DNA of 64,000 nt from Pseudomonadales bacterium (lineage in GTDB: Bacteria; Patescibacteriota; Microgenomatia; UBA1400; PJMF01), in NCBI GenBank assembly GCA_020632235.1, contig JACKFY010000004.1, positions 4,811-68,810 of the forward strand, read 5' to 3'. This document shows, one piece after another, positions 1 to 9,475 of the stretch; position 1 is the first letter of the stretch, and each line of letters starts with the position of its first letter. A model generated the notes under the pieces. It did no database searches and had not been told where the DNA came from. It saw only the letters and a program-made list of their open reading frames with translations. The position numbers and the translations under genes were made by a program.

Positions 1-1
1 A

Positions 2-130
<129 letters not shown>

Positions 131-139
131 AAAACCAAT

Positions 140-406
140 ATGACCGGAACAGGTAGGGACGAGCTTGGTCGATCGCTGAGCGGAAGGAGTGAAACATCCG
201 GAATTGATTGGAGTGCATTGCGCTCATTTTCAACACCAGACAGGTCTCAATTCAATAAAAAAGAGGAAAAAGGAGATGAAAATTTGATGAGTCAATGTGA
301 AGCTCTACTAGATTTACTTGAGAAAAAAATGAGACTTGTGCTAAACCCCCCCCCACGTTCGGGTAGTAAAAAAAACACTCTCGAATCTCACTGGCGGATT
401 GATTGA
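140..406 (+). CDS. Hypothetical small protein in an AT-rich spacer. The frame passes through a C9 homopolymer.
   Basis: ORF-track ORF only, with no recognisable motif. The C-run at 346-354 would extend the ORF to about 530 if one C is missing. Confidence 0.2.
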   Translation: MTGTGRDELGRSLSGRSETSGIDWSALRSFSTPDRSQFNKKEEKGDENLMSQCEALLDLLEKKMRLVLNPPPRSGSKKNTLESHWRID

Positions 407-516
407 AACATCATCAACTGGAGACATTGTCATTTGCATTGCAGATAGACATCTTTATCAACTTAAAAATAAAATTAATAAGCTGCAAAGCTTAAAAAGA
501 AATATTTACCCAGTGT

Positions 517-870
517 TTGCCCAAGCATAAAAAAATAATAGCGAATATTCTTATGCAAATAATAACAACCATTGCTCATGAATTATTTCATGAAAGAGAA
601 GGTAGATTTAGACCAGAAATTTTTACTGCATCAATCTCAGCTACTGCTCAAAAAGGAAAGCAAAACCATATTTATAATTCTGATATAGGAGAAAGAAGAG
701 CCACTGCTTTTTCACTTAGAATGTTGCGGGAACTCAAAACAATAATTGAAGAAGACTCGCAATTTAAAGAGAGTGCTGTAGGAATGATTCTTAACGTACA
801 TATTTCTAGTTATTATAAGGAACAACTAAGCTATCTAGAGGCAAGAAATCCAAGAAAAAAAAGCACTTAG
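517..870 (+). CDS. Hypothetical small protein with an HExxH motif, possibly a mini metallopeptidase
   Basis: AHELFHE (HExxH) lies near the N-terminus. The gene is AT-rich relative to its flanks. No further homology recognised. Confidence 0.3.
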   Translation: MPKHKKIIANILMQIITTIAHELFHEREGRFRPEIFTASISATAQKGKQNHIYNSDIGERRATAFSLRMLRELKTIIEEDSQFKESAVGMILNVHISSYYKEQLSYLEARNPRKKST

Positions 871-918
871 GGTTTTTGTGCAACCTTCCTGTAAGCTTCC
901 CTTGCTACACTCGCCCTC

Positions 919-2418
919 GTGCTCTCACGAACCTACACCGCTACCACCCTCGGCTTTGACCCCCTCAAGATAGAGGTAGAGGTAGACGCCGTGCGCGGCG
1001 CGCCAAACCTGGTCTTGATTGGCTTGCCATCAAAAGCAGTCGATGAGTCAAAAGAGCGCATCACCGCGGCACTACTCAACAACGGGTTTTATCTACAATC
1101 AAAGCGAACCGTCGTAAACCTAGCGCCCGCCGACATCAGAAAAGACGGCAGTGCGTTTGAGCTAGCCATTGCCGTGGGCTTGCTCAAGCTCTATGGCTAC
1201 ATTACAAAAAACACCGATGACACTATGTTTTTTGGCGAGTTGTCACTTGACGGTAGTCTCAAGGCAGTGCGTGGGGCACTCCCACTCGTGCTTGCCGCCC
1301 GCGACATGGGACTCAAACAAGCAATCATACCAGCAGAGAACGCACGGGAGGTAGCGCTAGTAGAGGGGGTAGAGATTATTCCTGCGGGTAGTGTAGCCGA
1401 GGTTGTAGCGTTTTTTAATAACACAACCAACATCTCGCCACTCACCCCCACCCAGCTAAACAGAGAAAACATCACGCACGAGGTGCTCATATCTGATGTC
1501 AAAGGTCAAGAGCTGGCCAAGCGTGCGCTCGTCATAGCCGCAGCAGGTGGCCACAATGTATTTTTGAACGGCGCTCCAGGGTCTGGCAAAAGCATGTTGG
1601 CGCGCGCGTTTCGCTCACTCCTCCCACCACTTGAAAAAACAGAGGTGCTTGCTGTGACTGCTATTCACTCCATCACGGGGGCAAATAGGGGCTCGCTCGT
1701 CACCCATCGACCCTTTCGCTCACCCCACCACACAACATCAGATGTAGGGCTCATTGGTGGAGGTAGCAAGCTCAAGCCAGGCGAGATTTCACTAGCGCAT
1801 CGTGGAGTGTTATTTTTGGACGAGTTCCCCGAATTTAGTAGATCAGCGCTCGAGTCGCTTCGCCAACCACTCGAAGATGGTAATGTCACGATATCTCGCT
1901 CGGTGGGTAGCACCACTTACCCCGCCAAGTTTACCTTGGTCGCTGCTGCCAACCCGTGTCCGTGCGGCTGGTATGGATCGGGGGCAAAACCCTGCACCTG
2001 CTCTGATCACTCTCGCGCCCAGTATCAACGCAAGCTCTCTGGCCCTATTTTGGATAGAATTGATCTCCACATAGCTGTCAGACCAGTAGAGATCAAAACA
2101 CTGCGCGCTACAAAGACCAATAAAAAAGAACAAAAAAAGTTTGAAGAATCAATCTCTATTGCTCTTGAGCGACAAAAAAAGAGACTGTCAAACACCCCAT
2201 ACACCAGAAACGCAGAGATAATATCAAAAGACATTCACACACTCGGTTCATTTGAAGAAAGCGCGCTGACCATGCTGGCGGCAGCAGCCGAAACACTCTC
2301 CCTTTCAGCCAGAAGTTACTTCAAGATGATGAAGGTAGCACTCACCATTGCCGATCTTGAGCAAGCAGACTCTGTCACAGAAGCGCACATTGCCGAGTCA
2401 TTACAGTTTCGCAACTAA
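919..2418 (+). CDS. comM: YifB/ComM family Mg-chelatase-like AAA+ ATPase
   Basis: Walker A motif GAPGSGKSMLARAF. The protein is 499 aa, with the typical ComM N-terminal Lon-like region and a C-terminal ChlI-type ATPase. Confidence 0.9.
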   Translation: MLSRTYTATTLGFDPLKIEVEVDAVRGAPNLVLIGLPSKAVDESKERITAALLNNGFYLQSKRTVVNLAPADIRKDGSAFELAIAVGLLKLYGYITKNTDDTMFFGELSLDGSLKAVRGALPLVLAARDMGLKQAIIPAENAREVALVEGVEIIPAGSVAEVVAFFNNTTNISPLTPTQLNRENITHEVLISDVKGQELAKRALVIAAAGGHNVFLNGAPGSGKSMLARAFRSLLPPLEKTEVLAVTAIHSITGANRGSLVTHRPFRSPHHTTSDVGLIGGGSKLKPGEISLAHRGVLFLDEFPEFSRSALESLRQPLEDGNVTISRSVGSTTYPAKFTLVAAANPCPCGWYGSGAKPCTCSDHSRAQYQRKLSGPILDRIDLHIAVRPVEIKTLRATKTNKKEQKKFEESISIALERQKKRLSNTPYTRNAEIISKDIHTLGSFEESALTMLAAAAETLSLSARSYFKMMKVALTIADLEQADSVTEAHIAESLQFRN

Positions 2419-3201
2419 CCCACTTCCACCAACACTTCCAACAAAAAGCAGCACGCCAAGCACAATGCAGTAATACCCAAAGTAGCGCAGTTTGGCAGAC
2501 TGCATGACGTACTCAAAGACTCGCAGACTACCCAGACCGACAAGAAAAGAAGTAATCATACCGGCACCCAAGACAGGGAGTGAAATATTCGAAAGGGCTG
2601 TAGGGTCACGCACCCCGTCAAAAAGCTCCAACATAGTAGCTCCTAAAAGGGATGGTATAGCAAGTAAAAACGCAAATCGAAAGGCCTCGGTGCGCTCTAT
2701 GCCTTGAGATAAGGCTGCAAGAACGGTTGATCCAGACCGAGAAATAGCAGGAGAAATACCAAATACTTGGCCCACACCCGTCCACCATGCGGACCTACTT
2801 GATAAAGGGCTGATAGATGCGGGGTTTTCTTGTTGTTTGACGAGCAACCTGTCAATCATAATGTTTATACTACCCGTTATAATCAGCTCTATGGCAATGT
2901 ACCAAGTAATAAGTGAAAGCTGCTCGACAAGATCTTTGACCAACAGCCCAACAATTACAACAGGTACTGTGCCGATAACAAGAAGCCGTATATCTTTCAG
3001 ACGCAGAGAGAGTAGGGTAGAGCGAAAATAGTACACAATCGCCAAGAGCGAGGCAAAATGCAGTGCAATATCAAAACTCATTAGTGACTGAGAAAACCCC
3101 AATAATCGCTGCGCAATCAGCAAATGACCAGTGCTTGAAATGGGTAAAAACTCGGTTATTCCCTGCACTGCACCCAAGAGAATAGCCTGGAAAACCGACA
3201 T
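2401..3201 (-). CDS. uppP: Undecaprenyl-diphosphatase (UppP/BacA)
   Basis: N-terminal QGITEFLPISSTGHL matches the UppP signature. The protein is a 266-aa polytopic membrane protein. Confidence 0.9.
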   Translation of the reverse strand: MSVFQAILLGAVQGITEFLPISSTGHLLIAQRLLGFSQSLMSFDIALHFASLLAIVYYFRSTLLSLRLKDIRLLVIGTVPVVIVGLLVKDLVEQLSLITWYIAIELIITGSINIMIDRLLVKQQENPASISPLSSRSAWWTGVGQVFGISPAISRSGSTVLAALSQGIERTEAFRFAFLLAIPSLLGATMLELFDGVRDPTALSNISLPVLGAGMITSFLVGLGSLRVFEYVMQSAKLRYFGYYCIVLGVLLFVGSVGGSGLVAKL

Positions 3202-3203
3202 GT

Positions 3204-3908
3204 CTAGCTCTTTTTGGTTTTAGCAGGTGGTTGCTGTAACTGGGTAGAAAACCAACTCTCGATCACTTGTTGGGCCAAGTTTTTGCTGCCCAGTCCAAGA
3301 GCAAGACCAAGCGCCAACGAAAAAGAAAAGACAAGTCCGGCAAATAAAATTAAGATAAACTGACTCGCAATACCCAGTTCAGCAATAGCCGCCAATAGTG
3401 CCAAGGCCGTCACCCCATAACTACTTATCTTGGCAATAACTCGTCCATTAGAGTGATTGAGTGACTGCACCGCTTTTTTCACCACTGTTTCAACCAATCC
3501 AGCCAACAGCACCCCAACAATAAAGACAAATACAGCACTCGACACCCTCGAAACAAATACAAGCAGCGTACTAAACACTGCGGTCAATGAAGGAATGTGA
3601 AACAGAGAAACTACAGCATGGGCGGTAAGCAGTAGGATGAGCCAGTAGCAAACAGAACCCACCAACGCTTCTATTCTATGACCAAGTGTTTCATTTTCAA
3701 ACAAGTGTTCAAGCGGTGTCTTGCTCCCAGCTAGAGAGACACGAGTTTTCTCAAGAAGAGAGATGACAAACGAACGCACAAGACGAGCAATAAGGTAGCC
3801 AACCAATGCTGTTATGATCGCTACTAACAATCGAGGTGAGTACACGCTTACCGCAGAGGTAACTGATACAAGCGCTTGATTCAGTAGTGTTATGAACGCT
3901 TCCATCAT
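3204..3908 (-). CDS. Hypothetical polytopic membrane protein, possibly with conserved-TM-helix repeats
   Basis: Several hydrophobic helices. No catalytic motif recognised. Confidence 0.45.
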   Translation of the reverse strand: MMEAFITLLNQALVSVTSAVSVYSPRLLVAIITALVGYLIARLVRSFVISLLEKTRVSLAGSKTPLEHLFENETLGHRIEALVGSVCYWLILLLTAHAVVSLFHIPSLTAVFSTLLVFVSRVSSAVFVFIVGVLLAGLVETVVKKAVQSLNHSNGRVIAKISSYGVTALALLAAIAELGIASQFILILFAGLVFSFSLALGLALGLGSKNLAQQVIESWFSTQLQQPPAKTKKS

Positions 3909-3967
3909 AGATATCTACTAGTATAGCAAACATACCACATCCTGTCATGCGGTGTGGTAACAAACCT

Positions 3968-5008
3968 CTATGTTTTATCTACGTTCAGATTGTCATGTTG
4001 CACATGTTGGGACAGCACAAAGGTGCTGTAGAGAGCTCGGATAATTATATAGATAGGTATACACAGCAAAGCTCCCACCACACCACCCAGTGTGAGACCA
4101 ATGAGGATGATGATGATAGAAGCTAACGGGTTTACGTTTGCATTATCACTCATAATTTTAGGAACCAAAATATTATTTTCTACTTGTTGAATGATGATCA
4201 CCCCCACCAACACCGCGATGGCCAGTACCGGCCCACCACTAACGTAGGCAACAACCACACTTGGCACAGCAGCCAACGTAGGTCCAAGATTGGGAAGTAT
4301 CTCAAGTGCTCCAGCCACCAATGCAAGTGCAAGAGCGTACGGTACGCCCAAAAGACTGAGTACAATAAAGTTGGCAATGCCTATGACAAACATCAAAATC
4401 AGCTGACCGCGCACCCATCCGCCCAGTTGCTCTTCAATGTCATCTATTAAGCCTCGAATGGTAACTATAGTATCTACATTTCTCGTAATCCAGTAAAACT
4501 TCATGTAGAGTTTTTGCCTCCCCAGCATCATGTACATAGACAGCACTATCAGCGTAAAAAACATCAAGATGCTGCTAAACGTCGAGTTCACAATAGAGAA
4601 TAAGGTGGCAGCAGAACCAGAAAGTCGGTCGGCAATATTGCTGATATCGGTGAGCGTAAAGCTATAGTTTTCAAAGTGAAGATCAAGCCCTGGCACCTCT
4701 ACTTCTCTGATCAATCCATATCCCTGAGAAATGAGTGGTGGTAGCAGTACGATAGCCAGCAAGATACAGACAATGATGATCACTACGTAGGTGGTAAAAA
4801 TACTCACGAGTGGAGAGAGTCGCACCTTGTTTTGCAAAAAAAGTACGACGGGTCGCAACGCTACCATCAAGATAAACGAAAGTAAGACCAAGGCCACAAT
4901 GGCGCGAATGCTGTATAAAAAATAACCACCCAAAAGTATGCCTAACACCAGTAAGATACTTTCTGGAGCTATCACTACTGCATGTTTTGGCTTGAGTTTT
5001 TCAAGCAT
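3968..5008 (-). CDS. AI-2E family transporter (PerM/UPF0118-like permease)
   Basis: A 346-aa protein with the eight-TM topology and sequence pattern typical of AI-2E/YdiK-family membrane proteins. Confidence 0.75.
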   Translation of the reverse strand: MLEKLKPKHAVVIAPESILLVLGILLGGYFLYSIRAIVALVLLSFILMVALRPVVLFLQNKVRLSPLVSIFTTYVVIIIVCILLAIVLLPPLISQGYGLIREVEVPGLDLHFENYSFTLTDISNIADRLSGSAATLFSIVNSTFSSILMFFTLIVLSMYMMLGRQKLYMKFYWITRNVDTIVTIRGLIDDIEEQLGGWVRGQLILMFVIGIANFIVLSLLGVPYALALALVAGALEILPNLGPTLAAVPSVVVAYVSGGPVLAIAVLVGVIIIQQVENNILVPKIMSDNANVNPLASIIIILIGLTLGGVVGALLCIPIYIIIRALYSTFVLSQHVQHDNLNVDKT

Positions 5009-5055
5009 ATACTGTGCGTATTCCCATCAGTCTATCTACTACTCAAAAAAGTATA

Positions 5056-6042
5056 TCACGCACAACGTGCGTACAGGGTGGGAAATGCTTCTTCTTCAAA
5101 GGGTGCCAGCCAATCGTCTGGCGGGTACTTCTTAAGCCAAGTACGCTGGCGCTTGGCGTACTGTAGCTCTTGCGCTGTCCATCTGGTGATAAGTTGATCC
5201 TGAGTAAATGCACCTTCAAGATGCAGCGCAATGTCAGCAAACCCAATCGTACTGCCCAAACTATCAGAGATGGGCTGGTCAAGCAGTCGAGCTACCTCTG
5301 GAATCACACCAGATTGTATTCTTTCCTTGACCCGCGCTTGACACAATTTTTCTAAATTAAAAATGTCTGTTTGTAGTCCAATACCGTAGTGATCAAAGTG
5401 AGGTTGATCTGAGGACGAGTCACCTGACCAATTACCCAGCGACCGCTCGATAACTCGCACCAGCCTACGCGGGTTATTGCGATCAGAGTTGTTGAGACGA
5501 GAAAAAGAACCAGCATCAGATCTAGCTGCCCATGCTTGCAACTCTGCCAGTGACAACCTTTCGGCACGCGAGCGAACATTTGGGTTGGGCGGCACGCGCA
5601 GATCAGGGGAGGGAGTAGATATTTTTGAGTGATAGAGTCCTGTTCCGCCAACAATCATCACGAAACTTTTGCTGGTTAAAGTAGTGGCTATAATTTTGTG
5701 GCATTTTTTTTGAAATAATCCTAACGACCACTGCTCGTCAAATCCAAGCACCCCGCTAAGGTGGAGACAAATACGCGAGTCACTTGCAACATACACAGGA
5801 TCATCGAAGTCTTGGCGCTGAGTTAAAGAAAACCCTTCTGGTACATCAGCGCCAGAAAGAATAGGGATATCTTCGTACACCTGTCGAGAGTCGGCAGAAA
5901 TAATATGGACTGACTCTACTGCAGTGTGTTGAAGGAGATAACGGGCAAAAGAAAAAGAAAATGATGTTTTACCACTGCTGGTCATGCCCATTATCGATAG
6001 CACTTTTGGTACTTTAGTGTGCTGAAGTAGTGGCATATACAC
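5056..6042 (-). CDS. miaA: tRNA dimethylallyltransferase MiaA
   Basis: P-loop GMTSSGKTS and the IISADSRQVYEDIPILSGADVP block match MiaA. Its start overlaps the miaB stop at 6042. Confidence 0.85.
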   Translation of the reverse strand: MYMPLLQHTKVPKVLSIMGMTSSGKTSFSFSFARYLLQHTAVESVHIISADSRQVYEDIPILSGADVPEGFSLTQRQDFDDPVYVASDSRICLHLSGVLGFDEQWSLGLFQKKCHKIIATTLTSKSFVMIVGGTGLYHSKISTPSPDLRVPPNPNVRSRAERLSLAELQAWAARSDAGSFSRLNNSDRNNPRRLVRVIERSLGNWSGDSSSDQPHFDHYGIGLQTDIFNLEKLCQARVKERIQSGVIPEVARLLDQPISDSLGSTIGFADIALHLEGAFTQDQLITRWTAQELQYAKRQRTWLKKYPPDDWLAPFEEEAFPTLYARCA

Positions 6043-7193
6043 TAGATAACAACCGGCCTGTGGGGAAGGTTGTTTTTATTGATAATGTTGTCTAGCACTT
6101 CCCAGCGTTTCTTTTTGATACTATGGGGAATATCGTCTGAATAGATACGCCAGCTAGCAGTACCAGGACGAGGTGAGTACTGAGCAATAAAACCCACCTT
6201 CCAGTCCATCTGCCGGGCAAGAGAGACGGTCTCTGCAAACTCCGCGTCTGTTTCGCCCGGAAACCCCACCACAATATCGGTACCTATGACTATGTCAGGG
6301 TCAGCCGAGCGCAGCTTTTCTACTACCTCGATGTATCGCTCTCTGGTATAGCCTCTGTTCATACGATACAGAACGCTATTACTACCAGACTGGACGGGCA
6401 AGTGCACAAATCTATCTATTTTTTTATTTTGGCCAATCTCGGCTATCAACTCATCATGAAAATCCCAAGGGTTACTGGTCATAAACCGAATGGTGGTGAT
6501 TTGATCAAATTTTGAGATAGCCTGGAGAAGACGAACAAAGGGAGGAGTTTCAGTAGAAGAGAGGTACTGCGAGCTATTTTCTGGCAGATCAGAGCGTGTG
6601 AAGTTTTTGTTCTCCATCATCAACTTGCGAAATCCAATACCCACTTTTTCCAGCCCCCATGAGTTGACATTCATGCCTAGTAGTGTCACTTCTTTGTACC
6701 CTTTGTGTACCAATTTTGCTACCTCTTGCAAAATATCTTCAAGCGAGCGAGATTGTTCACGCCCCCGAGAGTAGGGGACAATACAGTAGGTGCAAAACGA
6801 GTTACAACCCGTCGAGATCGGTACCCAAGCGTGCGTGGTGTCCTTGCGCACCGCTGCCTGATTAAAACCCACTTCGTTGATAGGTAAAATTTCATCAATA
6901 ATAGGCAACATGGCATAAAGCCGCTCATTTCCGTGGTGCGTCATGCAGCCAGTGAGAATAATTTTTGGCCGACGCTTTCCGGAACTGTTGAAGTACGCGC
7001 CCACATTATGCAAAAACCCACGCGCTCGATGCTCAGCGCGCTGACGAATGGCACATGTATTGACAATCAGCTCGTCACACTCCCTCCAAGTGGTAGCCTC
7101 TATGTAGCCTCGCGCCTCATAGTCACCAGCAATGCGCTCAGAATCGCTTTTGTTGGATTGGCACCCAAACGTGTGAATGTAGTAACTTGACAT
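6042..7193 (-). CDS. miaB: tRNA-i6A37 methylthiotransferase MiaB (radical SAM MTTase)
   Basis: YIHTFGCQSNKSDSE N-terminal MTTase cysteine motif and the radical-SAM CNSFCTYCIVP motif. It is adjacent to miaA. Confidence 0.85.
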   Translation of the reverse strand: MSSYYIHTFGCQSNKSDSERIAGDYEARGYIEATTWRECDELIVNTCAIRQRAEHRARGFLHNVGAYFNSSGKRRPKIILTGCMTHHGNERLYAMLPIIDEILPINEVGFNQAAVRKDTTHAWVPISTGCNSFCTYCIVPYSRGREQSRSLEDILQEVAKLVHKGYKEVTLLGMNVNSWGLEKVGIGFRKLMMENKNFTRSDLPENSSQYLSSTETPPFVRLLQAISKFDQITTIRFMTSNPWDFHDELIAEIGQNKKIDRFVHLPVQSGSNSVLYRMNRGYTRERYIEVVEKLRSADPDIVIGTDIVVGFPGETDAEFAETVSLARQMDWKVGFIAQYSPRPGTASWRIYSDDIPHSIKKKRWEVLDNIINKNNLPHRPVVI

Positions 7194-7254
7194 ACTAAGG
7201 CCATCATTGTATCACCTGCAAGGTCCAACACAGCCAGAAAGACTACGTAAGTAT

Positions 7255-9432
7255 TTAGTAGATCCAATCCACAATCTGCAAACGACAGTTTTTATCAGCT
7301 GAAAGCGCTACTCCTCTCCAGGCAGGAAGCGACTGTTGAAAGTAACTTTCATCAAATGATCCACCATTAGTTTCAGCTATTTCTAGAAATGATTCGCCCA
7401 GACTTGTAGTGTCAGATAATGTGTACTGGTTAAAGTCAGAGTCGTATCGCACGTAGGCACGCACCAACTGCACTTCTTGTTGTTTCTGCTCGCAAAGCAA
7501 CCGATCGTAGGCAGCAACACTCAGCTCATCTACTTGCAACACTGACACTCCAGGAGAAGGACTTGGCTTTGTCCCCGACTGATCAAAGTCGTGCTCATCA
7601 TATGCGTTGTAGTCAAGACTCGTGTCTAAAAACGGATACTGTAGATCATCGGTGAGTGTGTACACTTGTTCATACAAAGCAACATCATATTTCATTTGAT
7701 AGCTGACAATTCTACCGGAAAGTGCGGGAAGTGTTTCAAGGTACAGCGCTTGGTTATTCATGATGTGCTGATAGGCTTGCCCACTACTATAGTTGAAGTA
7801 TCTCCAGGTTCGTACAGAAAGCACCTCTGGCCACAATGTGTGAGTATCATCATTTTCAAATGCTTCCTTGCGGAGCTCTTGATTCTCCCACAAAAACTGC
7901 TCTGGGGCGTGTTGAAGCATATTTTTTTCAACATTTTGCTGGATACTAAGTAATGCAAGTTTAATACCAGCGAGCTGTGATTTTTCTTTGTCAGAGAGTG
8001 TTTCTTTTGCCAAAAGTGTTTCGAGCTCACTTTCCATTGCATGGATGTTGGGCTCCCATCCACTCACCGCATCTTCAGACAGTTGGCTGAGATAAAAGTA
8101 GTCAGTGTATTCGTGATGACCCGGTACCCCCGCTACCACTCGCGCGTCAATATTGATTACATTCAATAGTAATACAACCAAACAGCTGATCACGACAATC
8201 CAGGTAAATAAGGCCGATTCACGCACTTTGCTCCAAACAAAGGATGCCAACAAGCCAAGAAGCACAAGTGCTAGCCACAGCGCAAACAGACCGCCAATAA
8301 TACGCACTCTCGTTAAGCCATATGCATCAACATATAGTATGTCTCGCTTCAGTGCTGAGAGCAACACAAAAAAGAGCTCCACCAAGAGCGCGCTTGAAAA
8401 CACACGGGTTAAAAGACTAACGGAGGTTTGAGAAGTCCGAGAAACAACTAGGCTAGTATACAGCAACACACTACCAACGCCTGTAGCAACAAGCAACTCT
8501 ACAAAACCTTTTCGTACATACTCACTGTAGGTTACACCAAGTGACGTAAATACATCTTGGTTTGCAAATAGGTACTCTGCTTGCACTGCTAAAAATGCTC
8601 CAAACAACACCACAAGGGCTGCGAGCGGTAAGACAATATCACTGGCAGAAAAAAGAGAAAATTGAATAGGTTTTTTCTGTACACGAACGTACTGAAAGGA
8701 AATCACACTTGCACTAACCAATAGCACTAGTGCGCTCGTAATACCGCGCTCTACAATGCTTTCAAAGATTTCTTCTACCTTTTTCGCAAAAATAGGGTCA
8801 GCGTTCATCAATAAAAGTGCAAAAAACACTACTACACACAACGTTAATCCGAGAGACACAATAAGTTGACGAATGTTTTTGCCATTTTTAGTGTTGTACG
8901 ACTGGGGCTGGAGCACCTTAAACACTTGGGCTACCCAACCCACTCCCGTCTGAACTGCCCACCGCACAAACCAAGCAATTTGAGGATACATAGTATGAGT
9001 GGCATACAGCATCAAAAGAGACAAAGAGAGTAACATAGTTGTAAGTGTATTCACTCCTTGCACAAATCCATTTGCTCGGTACACAGAGAAAAAACCAAAT
9101 ACTACACTCAAGAAAGAGAGGATAAGTACGCTACGACCAAGCAATTGTTTGGTGTACAGCAGCCAAAGAATCCCTAACTGCAACACAAAGTTAAATAAAG
9201 CAAATCCTAGTGGGGGAAACTGGCTTGACGTACCAAACAATAAAATATTCCACGCTAATATTGCAGAAAGAAGTAGCCATACAGAGCGTGGAGGAAACAA
9301 AACTGTTGTTGTAGGTTCTACCTGGGTGTTTGGAGGTGTTTCTTTTGGGCCACCAAACATCAGCTGGAGAATCTTTATCCCACCTGCAACCACGCAAGCG
9401 ATAATGACCAGCCCAAAAAAAAATGAAAACAT
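7255..9432 (-). CDS. Large hypothetical membrane protein (about 12 TM helices N-terminally, about 270-aa soluble C-terminal domain)
   Basis: A 725-aa ORF with a strongly hydrophobic N-terminal two-thirds. No known catalytic motif recognised. Confidence 0.55.
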   Translation of the reverse strand: MFSFFFGLVIIACVVAGGIKILQLMFGGPKETPPNTQVEPTTTVLFPPRSVWLLLSAILAWNILLFGTSSQFPPLGFALFNFVLQLGILWLLYTKQLLGRSVLILSFLSVVFGFFSVYRANGFVQGVNTLTTMLLSLSLLMLYATHTMYPQIAWFVRWAVQTGVGWVAQVFKVLQPQSYNTKNGKNIRQLIVSLGLTLCVVVFFALLLMNADPIFAKKVEEIFESIVERGITSALVLLVSASVISFQYVRVQKKPIQFSLFSASDIVLPLAALVVLFGAFLAVQAEYLFANQDVFTSLGVTYSEYVRKGFVELLVATGVGSVLLYTSLVVSRTSQTSVSLLTRVFSSALLVELFFVLLSALKRDILYVDAYGLTRVRIIGGLFALWLALVLLGLLASFVWSKVRESALFTWIVVISCLVVLLLNVINIDARVVAGVPGHHEYTDYFYLSQLSEDAVSGWEPNIHAMESELETLLAKETLSDKEKSQLAGIKLALLSIQQNVEKNMLQHAPEQFLWENQELRKEAFENDDTHTLWPEVLSVRTWRYFNYSSGQAYQHIMNNQALYLETLPALSGRIVSYQMKYDVALYEQVYTLTDDLQYPFLDTSLDYNAYDEHDFDQSGTKPSPSPGVSVLQVDELSVAAYDRLLCEQKQQEVQLVRAYVRYDSDFNQYTLSDTTSLGESFLEIAETNGGSFDESYFQQSLPAWRGVALSADKNCRLQIVDWIY

Positions 9433-9475
9433 GTGTTGTGCCTCCTTTTCTTTAAGTAGCTATAGTGTATCACAG

